A DNA stretch of 64,000 bases, from the NCBI GenBank assembly GCA_964247055.1, contig OZ176054.1, forward strand, positions 12,462,001-12,526,000. Reading direction: 5' to 3'. The DNA is from Paragordius varius (taxonomy: Eukaryota; Animalia; Nematomorpha). Positions within the stretch are counted from its first letter, which is position 1. Each line of letters begins with the position of its first letter. Below the pieces are notes generated by a model. The model made no database searches and was not told the DNA's origin. It saw nothing but the letters and a program-made list of their open reading frames with translations. Shown here piece by piece: positions 1-12,486 of this stretch. A program made the position numbers and the translations under genes.

Positions 1-696
1 CCCAGAAAATGAAAATCAACAAAGTGGGAATTTATCAAATGATAAACTGGGAAACACTGCGTTTTTAAATGGAAAAAATAATGAATGTCCTAAAGATATA
101 ATTGACTTTTCTCCGAACAAATCTTTGAAATGTGATGTGGATGATTCTTTGAAACAGACAGATAAAACCATGGATAGGTAATTTTATTAAAACAATATTT
201 GTAACTAAAGGTATAGTATTCATCCCAAGTAGTTTTATTTTTGAAATATTTAGATAAATTCATATAAGGAAAAGCTTAAAATGGAAGAGTAATATTTTTT
301 GTATGTTAAGAGTTTAATTTTCTACCAAAATTGCTTTTCTCTAGGACCCATTATTTATCAGAAGTGAAATATTATTTGATATGCTTGTTTTTAAATTAAA
401 TCTAACATTTTTGTTAGTAGGGGGTTACATAATTTCAAGAAACCCACATACAGTATAAATTGAAATTATACGGACAAAACGTAAAAATATAAAGGTAAAA
501 AATTGGGATATTTATATACAACTCATTGTTTTGAATTGCATAGGAGGAAATGGACATGTATAAATGTAACAATATCAATTACATGTTTTACATTTGTAAT
601 AGGAGAAATTAGGGTTTAAAAAGTATGGTTTTCTTTTGAAAAAAATATTCGTTTTTACACTTTTACGTTTTATCCGTATATTTTTAATTTTTACTG

Positions 697-734
<38 letters not shown>

Positions 735-3700
735 CTAAAATGTTATATTTTAAACATTTTATAGTGATAGTATAAAAGCTCCTATATATATTTATATATA
801 ATTATCAATATTTCAAATAGTCTAAGCAATACAGAGAACTCTATTGGTTTTGATAAATCTTCCAACAATAAAGATTTGACTAGTGTTGAAAAAACACCAC
901 GCCGCTCATCTACTAGAATATCTTGCGTAAGCCAATTATAATTATGAATTTTTTTAAATAAGCGTTTTTTACTTATCTTTTTTCAATTATATGATTATTT
1001 TCAAATGTACCCTCTCGTAAGACTTATTTAAAAAATGTGTTGAAATTTTAATTTTGTGAGAAGATTTTAGCAAATATAAAATTTCGCATTAATTTAGTAT
1101 TTAACCGCCAAAGTTTTTTGGAGCGCTGCATATGTCCATGTTTAAATTATGGGATTTTTACACCAAAAAAATAAACTTTTTCATTTTATAATTAATTTTT
1201 TTGAATGTTCTCATAATCCCATAGAAAACTCAACCATCGACTCCTGCTATATCGATTACATCAAATAAAACCATAAACGAAACCCCTATAACTAACAAGA
1301 CTCATTCACCCAATAATAATTTCGACAACTCTATAAACTGTTGTGAATCAATCCAAAATTCTGTTTTAGACAAAGATACCAGCTCTATATCTAACTTTAG
1401 TGAAAAAACTGATCCTCATTTGCTAGGTAAAGATATTCGAATAATTGTAACTTCATGTACACCCCATATTGAAAGTGAAAATGAAAATACCACGATAGAA
1501 AAACCTAAAAATGTAGCAAATCCTTCTACATTGGAAGAAATCTTAAGCGGAACTGATCAAAATATCGTAAATGTGAGTGATGGAAATATTTCCAATGTTG
1601 TACAACACAACACACTCTTAAACAATACAAAAGGACAAAATAATGAAACAATAATCGAGAACAAAGAAGATACCATAGAAAATGTTTTAACATTAAATAA
1701 TACGTCCAATAATAAGATTAATCCTGGTAATAATATTGATGATTTTGAAACTAAACCTCAGAAATCAATGGGTGAAAAGAAATGTAATTTATATTACTTA
1801 CTTTTTTGAAAAAATTAGATATTTTTAATTTGCTAAAACGCGCAGTAAATGATTTTATATATCGGTTATTAATTGTATATGATTTTTTTTTTCATTAATT
1901 AAATTTAATAATTAGATTTATAAATCTGTATTATATTTGAATCATATAAAAAGGCATTTAAAATTTTTTAAAAGGCCTAAAAGTGTAAGATAAAATTAAT
2001 TTGTATGGGGGAGTAATTTATTTCCCCTACAAAACTTAAACAATATTTATAGGTATTTTATATTTTAATTATAATATTTATTCCAAATAATTGTTTCAAT
2101 ATACTGATTGTGCTACATTTTATCTTATTAAAATTTTCTATCTTTATATACCATTTACAATTCAAATTCACCCTTGAACAAATCAAATTTATGTGTTTTC
2201 GAATATTAAAAATTACCTTTATTTTTTCATATTTGAGAAATAATGAAAAATTTCGTTTATTAACATATATATTACTCAAAAAGTTATAAACTATGCCAAA
2301 AAGTATTTCATATTAATGTTAATTTATATCAGCCTGAAAACACATAATTTAGTTTTGGGGTGAATTTAAAATGTTTAGGGGGCAAATTCAAAGTATATTT
2401 ATATGTATTTATCTATATATTTAGATACGAAAGCTGAATTGGCCGAAATTAATAGGAAAATAGATTACGTTAATCATTGGGTCATAGCTTTTTCCCATTA
2501 CAATTTGGCAAAAAATAAAATTCTTGCTAGTTGTAAAAATAAAAATCGAAAAAATCACCTGAAAAGAAAATCAAAAATTAAAGCAAAAGCAACATTATTG
2601 AATACTTCAACCATGAGGAGTGCAAAAAGATCGCTTAAACGAACCCTGCGAAATGTGAATAAAAAAACAGAAAAAACTATACTAATAAACGCACGTAATA
2701 CTAAAAAAATTAAGACGCTGTCTAATGGAAAAATAAAGCCAATACGTAACATTATTAGAAAACAAAATACCGTGTCAGAAGGAAACTCTGTTTTACGCGA
2801 GGGAAAACTTACAACTACACATAAAACGAATGGTAAGTTTTTGGGTTTTTGAAAAATAAATGTATATTCTTTTTTGGGCATAAATATGAAAATGAGTATT
2901 GTTTTATTATATAATTGATAGTATTTTATGGACATACGTAAATATATTTAATGATTTTCATCTTAGTTGGATGGTGGTTAGAAAATACCTAATTTTTTTA
3001 ATTTTAAAGAAAGTATATTTCAATTTTTTAGCCGTAATATTTTGTAAAAAATAGGTTTTTATTTAATAATTTGAAGAGTCTATGATAATTATCTAGAGTT
3101 TTAGTATGTTTTAAATGCCTCCTATAAAGGGCTATTGATTAGGGGGTACATACACTATAAATTTTATTTATTTTTTCATGTATTAAAATAAAATTTAATC
3201 ATTTTAACAGATTACTATTATTATTAATAATTATCTAAAAATCAAAAACATTTTCCCAATCCTGCCTATTTTAGACGAAGTTGATGGTAATCTTAGCATG
3301 AGTGCATCTAAAAAACAAAAAAATATGGATGAAAAAAATTCAATTAGTTTGCTTAATTCTATTAACCCCAAATCAATAAAAACGGCCAAAATTATTAAAC
3401 CTCGTAATGCAAAAGTCTTAAAAAGACAACCCTCATATACGTTGTTAAAACATGGAGGGAGGAATGAAAAAAATCTGCCCCCTAAACCAATCCTATCATC
3501 CACGCGGAAATGTGCCAGAAAACTGGTTAAACGAATAGCAACAAACAAAACTGTGAAAAAACCTACCCGTACAATAACTTTATCATCGTTGAAAAACTCT
3601 AAAGCTGGTAAACTGTTAAACTTTTATTAAATTATAATATCTGCTTTAAGATTTTTGAAACCTAAGCTTTTTTTTGCAATATGAGTTAAATTAATTGTTT

Positions 3701-6700
3701 GATATAAAGATAGTTACATAATTTTTCCCACATTAGGCAAGACAGAACCTGAAATAATGAACAATAGCAAAAGTGAAAATAGACGGTCAACACGTCTTTC
3801 ATCCATAAGTAAGGAATCAAAGTGTATATATGAATGATTATATATTTTTTGTTTATGATTTTATTGTTTTTTATATTATTTATAATATTTCTTAAGTTAA
3901 TTTTTGGACTTTTTTGGAGACAAAAGAATGGTTATTTTTTATACGATAATTTTATTCCATTCTAAGGTTAATGTTGGGAATATCAATAATCATTTGAATC
4001 ATTATTTTTTTAAAGTATATATATTACTTTCTATCATTCAGAGTAGTTAGTCATAAATTTAAAATTTTACGGCAAAAAATTATTCACGTATATAAAGGAA
4101 TTATTTAAATTTATTGCGTTTGAAGGAATTGAAAAGAATGATTTATTGTCGGAATCTACAGTTCCCAAAGGCATCGCTTCTCCCATCCGGCTAGAAAAAT
4201 CTAATATGTTTCCAAGTAATGATAATGTTTTGTTAAATGGCACTTTTTCCAACGAAAAAGCTACTTTGGAACTTTTTGGAACGCCTAAAACATATCAAAA
4301 AGGGTATTTTTGTTAATTTTTTAAATTTTAACCCTTTTTATTTGCTAATTTTGTAATATTTAATGGTATACCATTTACAGTTTAATTTCACCCTTAAACA
4401 ATACAAATTCACCCTAAAAATAAGTTATGTGTTCCGAACTAGTATAACTCATTATTAATATGAAATGTCTCTTTATCACATTTATAATTTTGTATTTTTT
4501 TTTTCATTTAAAACAACATTTTATATTTTAAAAATATAGGTAATTTCTAAATTTTAAAAACATATAATTTATTTGAGGGTGAATTTTAATTATTTGAGGG
4601 TAAATTTAAATTGTTCAAGGTTGAATTTGAATTGTAAATGGTATATTTGAGACAAACTATTGCTACATATATATAATATTTCATTATTGAAAGCTAATAA
4701 TATCAAACAGGTACTTTTACAAAAAACGACTATTTGCTTTTTAAATTTTTGGCTTTTAAGAGAAGTTTTATACTAAATCAAGTAAACATTGTGAAAAAAA
4801 TTATTTAATTTTAAATTTAATTACTTAAAAAACACATTTTCTCTCTTTCCTTAGTTTAAATTTTTACTTCCATATATGTATGAAGTCTTAAAATGGCACG
4901 AAATTCCAATCTGATTTCGTCATTGCGTTCAACTTTGGTGGATCCATCATCTTTGGAATTAAAATCCAAAACGCTTCGGACAAAGAGTAATATCTATGTT
5001 CAAAAATGTAAAAATCAAACATTGCCTTATACGGGGCAGGACCATAAAAAATTAAGATCTACTTTTCATAATATACCCCCGATGTTAATGAATGATGAAA
5101 CTACTTTATCCATACCCCATCCCGTTGTCCCACCCCAAATAGGTAATAATGATTAAAATTTTCAACTTTTTATTATACCCGTAAACGGTTTTTTAAAAAT
5201 ACTACTGTATCAAGCTAAGTTCACAGATAAAGCGTGAAATTTAAAAGGCATTTTTTTTAAAAAAAGGATTAGATTTTAAAATTCTTATTGTTTTTCAATA
5301 TAACTCATCGTTTTGCAAAATATTTAAATATTAAATAGTTTATGGAAGAAAAAACATGGATTGAAAAAGTTTGGTTGTATTTTACAAAAATATTTGTCTC
5401 TTAATTTTACGTTTTGACTGTATACTTTTTGATTTTATTGCACTGAAGTTATTTATTAATATAATTTGTTTTATTTTACAATTAACTTTCCCAGTTGAAA
5501 AAAAACGATATAAAAACTAACCAGTTTATAGATGATTTTATTTATATCTACTCGCCATATATATTTTTACCATAAATACCTTTGCATGAAAGAAAATACT
5601 TTTTAAATGGATACATTTTAGTGTACCGTCTTTTCTTAAAAGGAAAAGAGGTGTGTATTATATTTTCGATTGACACATAATATATGTGACACACATAAAA
5701 GTTTAAAATGCACTTTTTTGCTAAAATTATTAACGATGTAGAAAATGTCGATATGGTACTACCCCAAAAGCTTATGAATTCCAATAATATAATAACTTTG
5801 TTTGAAAACTTACCTGTAATACAACAAAATAACATCCAAAGTGAAAATGTTACAAACAATCCTAATAATGATGATGAAATTGAACAATTTAGACATTCTC
5901 AAGATTGTACTGACCCTGTATTTAATTATGCTAAAAGTAATCATTCAAATAACACATATCGAGTTTCAGATCCACTTTTCACCGAAACCACTTTTGTAAA
6001 GGAAAGAACGGATTCGTTGGGAAAATCATTTTCATCACCATTATCATCTACAAATACGCAAACTAGATCATACAGCTTGTATGAAAAACAACCATTTAAA
6101 AGTTCAGAAAACGCTCCTAATAAAACTAAAACCAGGTACTTTAAAGTTAAAAAATTGGTTATTTAGAAAACATTTTTAATTACAAATTAGCTTATAATAT
6201 ATTTTTGTAATAAATTATATTGTGCCCACGATTGATGCCATTTCGACGGTGTTCACTGTATATGATAATTCTAATATTTATTAACCACGAAATTTGAAAT
6301 TTATATATTAAACAATACAGCATTTATAAAGTAAATAATATGATTTATATTAAAATTTAAAATTTATACAAACACTTCAAAAAACCTAAAGATTTTATTT
6401 AATACAAAGATAATCCTTTTTAAAAACCATAATTTTCTGTATATAACCCTTGTTGTTTTAGTTTGCAATGTATTTCATTATAATTGTTATAAGGCATAAA
6501 AATGTAATGGTGTCTTTAAAAAGTTAATTATTTTTACCTCAATAAAATATGTTTTCCAGTTTTAGCCAATTTTTTTTCCAATGTTATAATGGGGAGAAAA
6601 CTTTTTTTGTTTAGTATTTAATACCAACTAATAATAAATGATAAAAAAATCCTTATTTGTAAAAGAAACTTGTGTTGTTTACAATGTTTAACTTTTTTAT

Positions 6701-9645
6701 GATTTTTTTATATAGACTTTCACTACAAGGAAATCTTTTTCCACAACCAAGCACACCAATAACAGGCGGTAAAAATAGTGTTCAATTACATGGGAAACGG
6801 GTTGAAACTAGACGCATCCCTGGCCTTAATAAATTGTTTAACACTAATCTAGGAAATTGCAATTTCAATGATGATACTAAAAATTGCAATTATAATGCGG
6901 GCGACAGTTCAGAATCCTCGCTTGTTGATAATTGTCAGCTTAAATCTACCAAGGCTGGGAAGAAATTTACTCATTTAACGGCAGATTTGTTTGAAAGTTC
7001 AACATTCAAAAAATCATCCCGGGGTTCGGCTTGCCTTGCACTTATGGAAGCGAGAAGAATGAAAAATGCGGTATTTTTTATAAATTTTTTAATTATAAAG
7101 TGAATATGGTAGATTTTAGCATAAAAATGACATATTTTAAATATATGGTGTTTATCCCACAAATAATTAATTGATTGATTTCATTATTTGATAATCTTTG
7201 ATTACATGTGTTTTTCAATGCCTTAATTGTTAGAAATAATATGTAAATGAATTAATTTCCTTTTGCTGGCGGTTTTTTCCAACCGTATATAACTTTATAT
7301 TATATATTTAATATTACAGAAAACAATATGTTGTTTATATTGCCTAATTTCATTCAAAATTATATTATATTTATCATTTATATAGGCTGCCATGGGGTTA
7401 GAAAGTGCAAAAAATCATTTAGCAAATGGTAAACGAAAAAATCGTTCAACACCACCACAGATTGTTAATGATGAAAATAAGGACCAGAATTCCGCAGAAT
7501 CAAGCAAATTAATCAATGAAAATGGCCAAAATTTAACTTATGTTATTGCAGGGGAACCCAGGACTGAAGCGTTAAAGTTAGAAAATGACGATGAATTATT
7601 TAACAAAGTCACGGGCAAAAATCTTGTTGCCTCTAAGGTTAAATCACCGTACAAAGGCAAAAAAGCTATTAAAGCCAGCGACTTGAATGCCATATCGCCT
7701 GGTAGTATTAGAAAAAACTCAATGATAAATAGGAAAAACTCAATGATAAATAACTCTGAATCTGAAATGAAATCCCAAACAACTGACACAGATGCAAGTC
7801 CTAAGGCTGAAACACTCAAAAAACGAGCCACCAAAAGAGGAGGATTAAAATCGAAATTGAATCGTAAATTGGCAAATAAAAAGCCTAAATCTTCATCAAA
7901 AGCAATTACAGGGAAGGAGGAAAACGAAGCTCTAAATAACGGTAAAATTCCAACCAAAAACATTGTTGAGCCTTTGAATAATGATATGGTTAATGTAGCC
8001 AAAGAAATCCAAAATAAAAGTCCACCCGCTAAAATAAAATTAACTAAACGATCGACGCGAAATCATCCAAACAAAAAATCAATATCTGACAACACTGAAC
8101 AGCTTTCCAATGTTTTAGAGGAAAAAAATTTGGAAGTACCGCCTATTACTACAGGGAAAAGGGTTGGTAAAAGTCGCATTGTTAGAGCTTCGAAAAAATC
8201 TAATGTTGACCACCCAAATAAAATACAACCAACATCTCCTATTTCCAATGCTCTGGATGAAACGAATAATCAAATTGTCCAAATATTAAATGTTCCTGCC
8301 TTAATGAAATCACGTTCGCGTTCCAAATCAACCCACCCTAAAATGATTAAACCTCAGCAGGAAAAACAAGAAAATATTGTGTCGCCAACAATGAATGATG
8401 CAGTAATCATGCCGACAACTCCTAAACAACCGTCCCCTTTAGTGAGGAATAAAAGAAAAGCTAAAACAACGATTCAAAAAAATGGAAATTCAGTTGATCA
8501 GAGTGTTCAGGTATATATTATATAAGAAATTATTGATCTTTAACAATAAAATTTATTTTGACACATCATTATCAAATAATTTTGTAGAAATTATACATAT
8601 AACTGATTATTAATAAATATTTTTGACCCATTTTAGGAAATCACCTCTGAAACTCAGAAAGGGGAAAATGTTGCAAACATTAAAAGTAAAAGGGGTGTTA
8701 AACGACCAACCAAGACTGAAGAAGCACCGATAATCAATGTTCCAGATATTATTGAACCTCCAAAACCTAAAAGGACCCGTCAAACTAAGCAACCAAAGTT
8801 GATGGGCGACACTGAAATTGAACAGTCAAACCTCACAGAAATGATAAATCAATCGGGAAAACTAAAGAATGCTATTGAAGAAATCCCTATTTATGCCAAT
8901 AAAAAGGGTAGAAACAAACGTGTCGCATTCGATCTCGATAACATTCAACAATTGATTATTAGTCGAGCTAATTCGATTGAACCAAACACTTGTTTAACAG
9001 CTATATCAATTCCAAAGAGAACTCTTAAAAATAAAAAATCTTCCAAAAAAGCTAATAATACTAAGCGTGTTAAACAAGGCAATAACCGGGAATCAGAGAC
9101 AATACCAGCATCAACAAATGGTGAAGTTTTATCAAAAGTTGTAGAATTGAGCTCCAATGTTGAAATGGGTACCAGGAAACGAAAATCAATTCCTTCCGCA
9201 AAAATGTTAAATAATGGATTTTTGTTGACCATACAACCGGAAAACACACAAGTAAGTGAAAATATTAAACCAATATTAAACAAAAAAAGTAAAAGAAAAA
9301 TGGTAGAAGCTGAAAACATCACTCATCCAGTTCAACTAGAGGCACTTCCCTTAAAGTCGGTCAAAACAGCGAAAAACGTTACTCTTAAAACGACTAAAAG
9401 CTCTACCGATTCTCGTAAACAACAAAGGTATTTAAATTTAAGCTCTATATGTATACAGTTTTGAAAATGAAAAAAAACCATAAGAAGTTTTTAAAGTTGA
9501 AATTTAAAAGACCATATTGTTTAAAACATATTTTAGGTGTGGGCCGGTTAAGAAAAAAACGGATACATTGCCAAAATCAAAGGTGGTTATTGAAGAGACG
9601 CAACCAATCGGTAAACGTGTTACCCGATCTCAAAAACGCATTTAA
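1..9645 (+). CDS. 3' part of a very large Lys/Ser/Asn/Thr-rich, probably disordered nuclear protein (>1,616 aa; 5' end outside window)
   Basis: 13 exons join in frame with GT-AG ends and matching phases: 1-177, 821-926, 1225-1771, 2425-2832, 3275-3607, 3737-3808, 4126-4303, 4886-5142, 5742-6135, 6716-7070, 7386-8510, 8637-9427, 9537-9645 (TAA 9643-9645). This accounts for the + ORFs at 1420, 2403, 3298, 4893, 5708, 6672, 7392 and 8799. No folded domain recognised. Confidence 0.8.
451..696. mobile_element. MITE family A (Tc1/mariner-like ends CAGT...ACTG, TA-flanked)
   Basis: TIRs CAGTATAAATTGAAATTATACGGACAAAACGTAAAA / TTTTACGTTTTATCCGTATATTTTTAATTTTTACTG, with TA on both sides. Other copies: 12108-12471, ~47449-47729, 48656-48997, ~54394-54705; fragment near 58530-58560. 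Confidence 0.8.
4367..4645. mobile_element. MITE family B (TIR TATACCATTTACA.. with internal ~21-bp AATTCACCCTTGAACAATTCA subrepeats)
   Basis: Inverted ends TATACCATTTACAGTTTAATTTCACCC / GGTTGAATTTGAATTGTAAATGGTATA. Copies or fragments at ~2147-2398, ~45200-45560, ~46432-46725, ~46740-47095 (two tandem right ends) and ~57232-57326. Confidence 0.8.
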
Positions 9646-10339
9646 TATACATATCTTATTATTACATTGTTTTAGCCCATTTTCTTTACCAAAAAATATA
9701 ATTATATGTATTGAATGTATAGTTTAGTGTAATTATATTTAAATTATGTCTTTTATATGCGCATATCTACATAAAAATTATTAAAGGGGAGTTTGGGTAC
9801 GACATATTTATATATTAAATTATTGCGTTTTAATGATTTTATCGATTGAAAACGGGCCATCATTTACAAATGTGACATGTTTTAATGATATTTTGTCCTT
9901 TACATCGTCTTATTTGTCACAATCCAAATTTATATTTACTAAAATATTTTACACCTTTTTTAATAACTTTAGCTGATGAATAAACCATGCGTTTTATATA
10001 GTTATAAATAATAATAGATTATTATATATGGTTGTTTTTAAACAAGCCAGAAAGAAAATAAATATATCTAATAAATTACTGAATTAAAAAAATTTTCAAA
10101 CAAAAAATTCGCAATATCCAGTTGCAAGTTTGGTAAAATGAATTACTAATTCAAGTACAATTACGTCCAAAGTCGGGGGCTGATAGATAAATTTATAAGA
10201 ATTCTCATTGTGCTTTTCATTTTGGGGTGTGCAAGTATCTAAGAGAGTTATTGCACCTTTGTGGAATTGTTCGATATCGTAAAATTGCCAAATTAGCACA
10301 TGTTTGATAAACTTTTTTTTCGTAACAGCTAAATGCGTT

Positions 10340-11080
10340 ATTACTAAACTATATGATATATTATTAAAAAGCAAAACAGTATTTTTCATAATTTTGATTT
10401 TTAAATGTCGGTACCAAGCGTACCAAATTTTTTCGCCCTTCATGGGCTGGTAATCTTAAAAATGCAAAAATGTCGAGTAGATTATGCCATAAAAAATATT
10501 TTTGAAAAATACATACTTTGTTTAAAATTTAATTTTTAACAAAATTTTGTTGAAGCGTACATACTTCATACTATTTTGAGCCATGATGGAAACGGTATAA
10601 CGCTTTAGATATTATAAAAACAATTTTTCTACATAATTCGATCATGCTAAACATTTTTATCACCTCAGAACTTTGTAATATTCGTTCGTCTTCAAATTTA
10701 TGTTTTATAAATGATTTTTTTACGAAAACCCAAATTTAAAATTAAACATACAATTTAAGTAAATTCTTAGATGATAGAATATCATTGAAGTATATATTAA
10801 AGAATATATTATATAAAGGTTGTATACGTTTCCACCATGCCTCAAAATAGCATAAAACTTGCTTCAACAAAATTTTGCTATAAATTTAAATTTTAAGCAA
10901 AACATCCATTTTTTGGAAAAAAATTTTTGATGTCAAAATTGAGCATATGTTTAAAATTTTTATTCCGCAATCTCAGATTTTTCGCTCTTATAAAATGATT
11001 GCACTTGCCCGAAAATCTGATACTTTTGGTGCCAACATTTAAATTAACTAAATTATTGCTTTGTTTTTGATACATAGTTT
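10340..11080. repeat. Degenerate foldback (long inverted-repeat) element
   Basis: AACAAAATTTTGTTGAAGC...TATTTTGAGCCATGATGGAAACG (~10535-10595) is mirrored by CGTTTCCACCATGCCTCAAAATA...GCTTCAACAAAATTTTG (~10828-10878). Weaker symmetry continues outward. Confidence 0.65.
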
Positions 11081-11225
11081 ATATGTTTTGGTGATATTAA
11101 AATGATGCAGGCTTTAACCAACAAGAATTATTTAACAAAATGTGAGCAAAGTTCAGTTTCTGATACGGACCATATACCACAAAAGTTTAAATACCAAAAG
11201 CACCATGATAATCTTGATACATTTT

Positions 11226-11272
<47 letters not shown>

Positions 11273-12061
11273 CATCAGGATTTTATGAACACTGAGTATA
11301 TAAGTTTACCCAATATATCGCGATCAAAAAATGATTTAATCCTTATATATAATAACCTTATTTTTACATATGCACCAAAACGGAAGTAACGTCTATTTTT
11401 TTACGAAAATTGATATGTATATTTCCTATTATCGGTGCAGAAATATTTTGATTTAGGGAGTTTAATAGCCGATTTTTTTCTAGCATCTTATCAGCAATTA
11501 TCATTTTATTCATAACATGAAGTTTTTAGTTATCGAATTTAATATGATGAACATTTATTTAATTTGCATATTTGCCTCATAGTGTAATCAAAATAAACGT
11601 TGCTAATGTTTTTTTAATATAAATAAGAGCCTAGAACTTTACTCAAATATTTTTAAAATAAAATTTATAATCATGAAAAATATATGAAATTGGCAAAAAT
11701 GAATAAATGTAAATGGTTTCAATTATCCAAGCAACATAAAAATTATAATCATGGTACTAATAGTAATGTTTTGCATATTTTAAACCTATTTTAGACTAAT
11801 TATAGAATGGTGGATTACGAATATAAATTTATTAAAAATATAGTATAAATATAAATTAGCTCTTACAAATATTATTATTTGAAATGTCAAAAGCGTATTA
11901 AGGTTTCAGTGCAACTTATTTTTACAAGTGCAATACATTTTGAAATTTATCAGCTCATAATAACTAAAAATTCTACCTCATAATTAACTTAAATATTTAA
12001 ATTTAATATGTGACTTGATACCATTATTTAACAAACAATTATATATACACAAACATAATTT

Positions 12062-12067
<6 letters not shown>

Positions 12068-12107
<40 letters not shown>
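12068..12107. repeat. (TA)n microsatellites
   Basis: Pure or near-pure TA runs here and at ~697-733, ~11228-11270, ~18048-18100, ~24347-24369 (inside an LTR), ~40078-40100 and ~47093-47124. Confidence 0.95.
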
Positions 12108-12110
<3 letters not shown>

Positions 12111-12165
12111 TAAAAAATGAATTATACGGACAAAACGTAAAAATCAAAAGAACGATACTTTTTAC

Positions 12166-12307
12166 CAGGGCTTGGAACCGGTTTAAAAAAGTGGAATCCG
12201 AATCGGGTGGGTTCCTGAACATGTGAAACCGGAACCGCGTTGGTTCCATCCCAATGGAATTGGTTCTTGCTAAAATCCCAGGAACCGGGTTCCGGTTCCA
12301 AGCCCTG
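12166..12307. mobile_element. 142-bp hAT-type MITE nested in a family A MITE
   Basis: Perfect 16-bp TIR CAGGGCTTGGAACCGG, perfect 8-bp TSD CTTTTTAC (12158-12165 and 12308-12315), internal GGAACC/GGTTCC subrepeats. Confidence 0.92.
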
Positions 12308-12486
12308 CTTTTTACACCTTAATTTTTCCTCTATAAACCATTTAAATTTTTTACCAATATGCATAGACAAAACAATGAGTATTTGAAATCAAGATTTAAA
12401 ATATTATATGTGTTTTAGAAAAAATATTTGTCTACATTTTTACGTTGAGTTCGTATAATTTTAGTTTACTGTATATATATTAAAAT

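Noticed and set aside
2555-9322. Minus-strand ORFs (2555, 3231, 4067, 5548, 6971, 7538, 8063, 8610, 8945)
   Set aside because: These are antisense shadows of the Lys-rich plus-strand exons, with no recognisable motifs.
11102-11389. ORFs containing YIYIYI runs (11102, 12028, N-terminus of 17513, 39819, C-terminus of 24269)
   Set aside because: These are translations of (TA)n microsatellites, not protein repeats.
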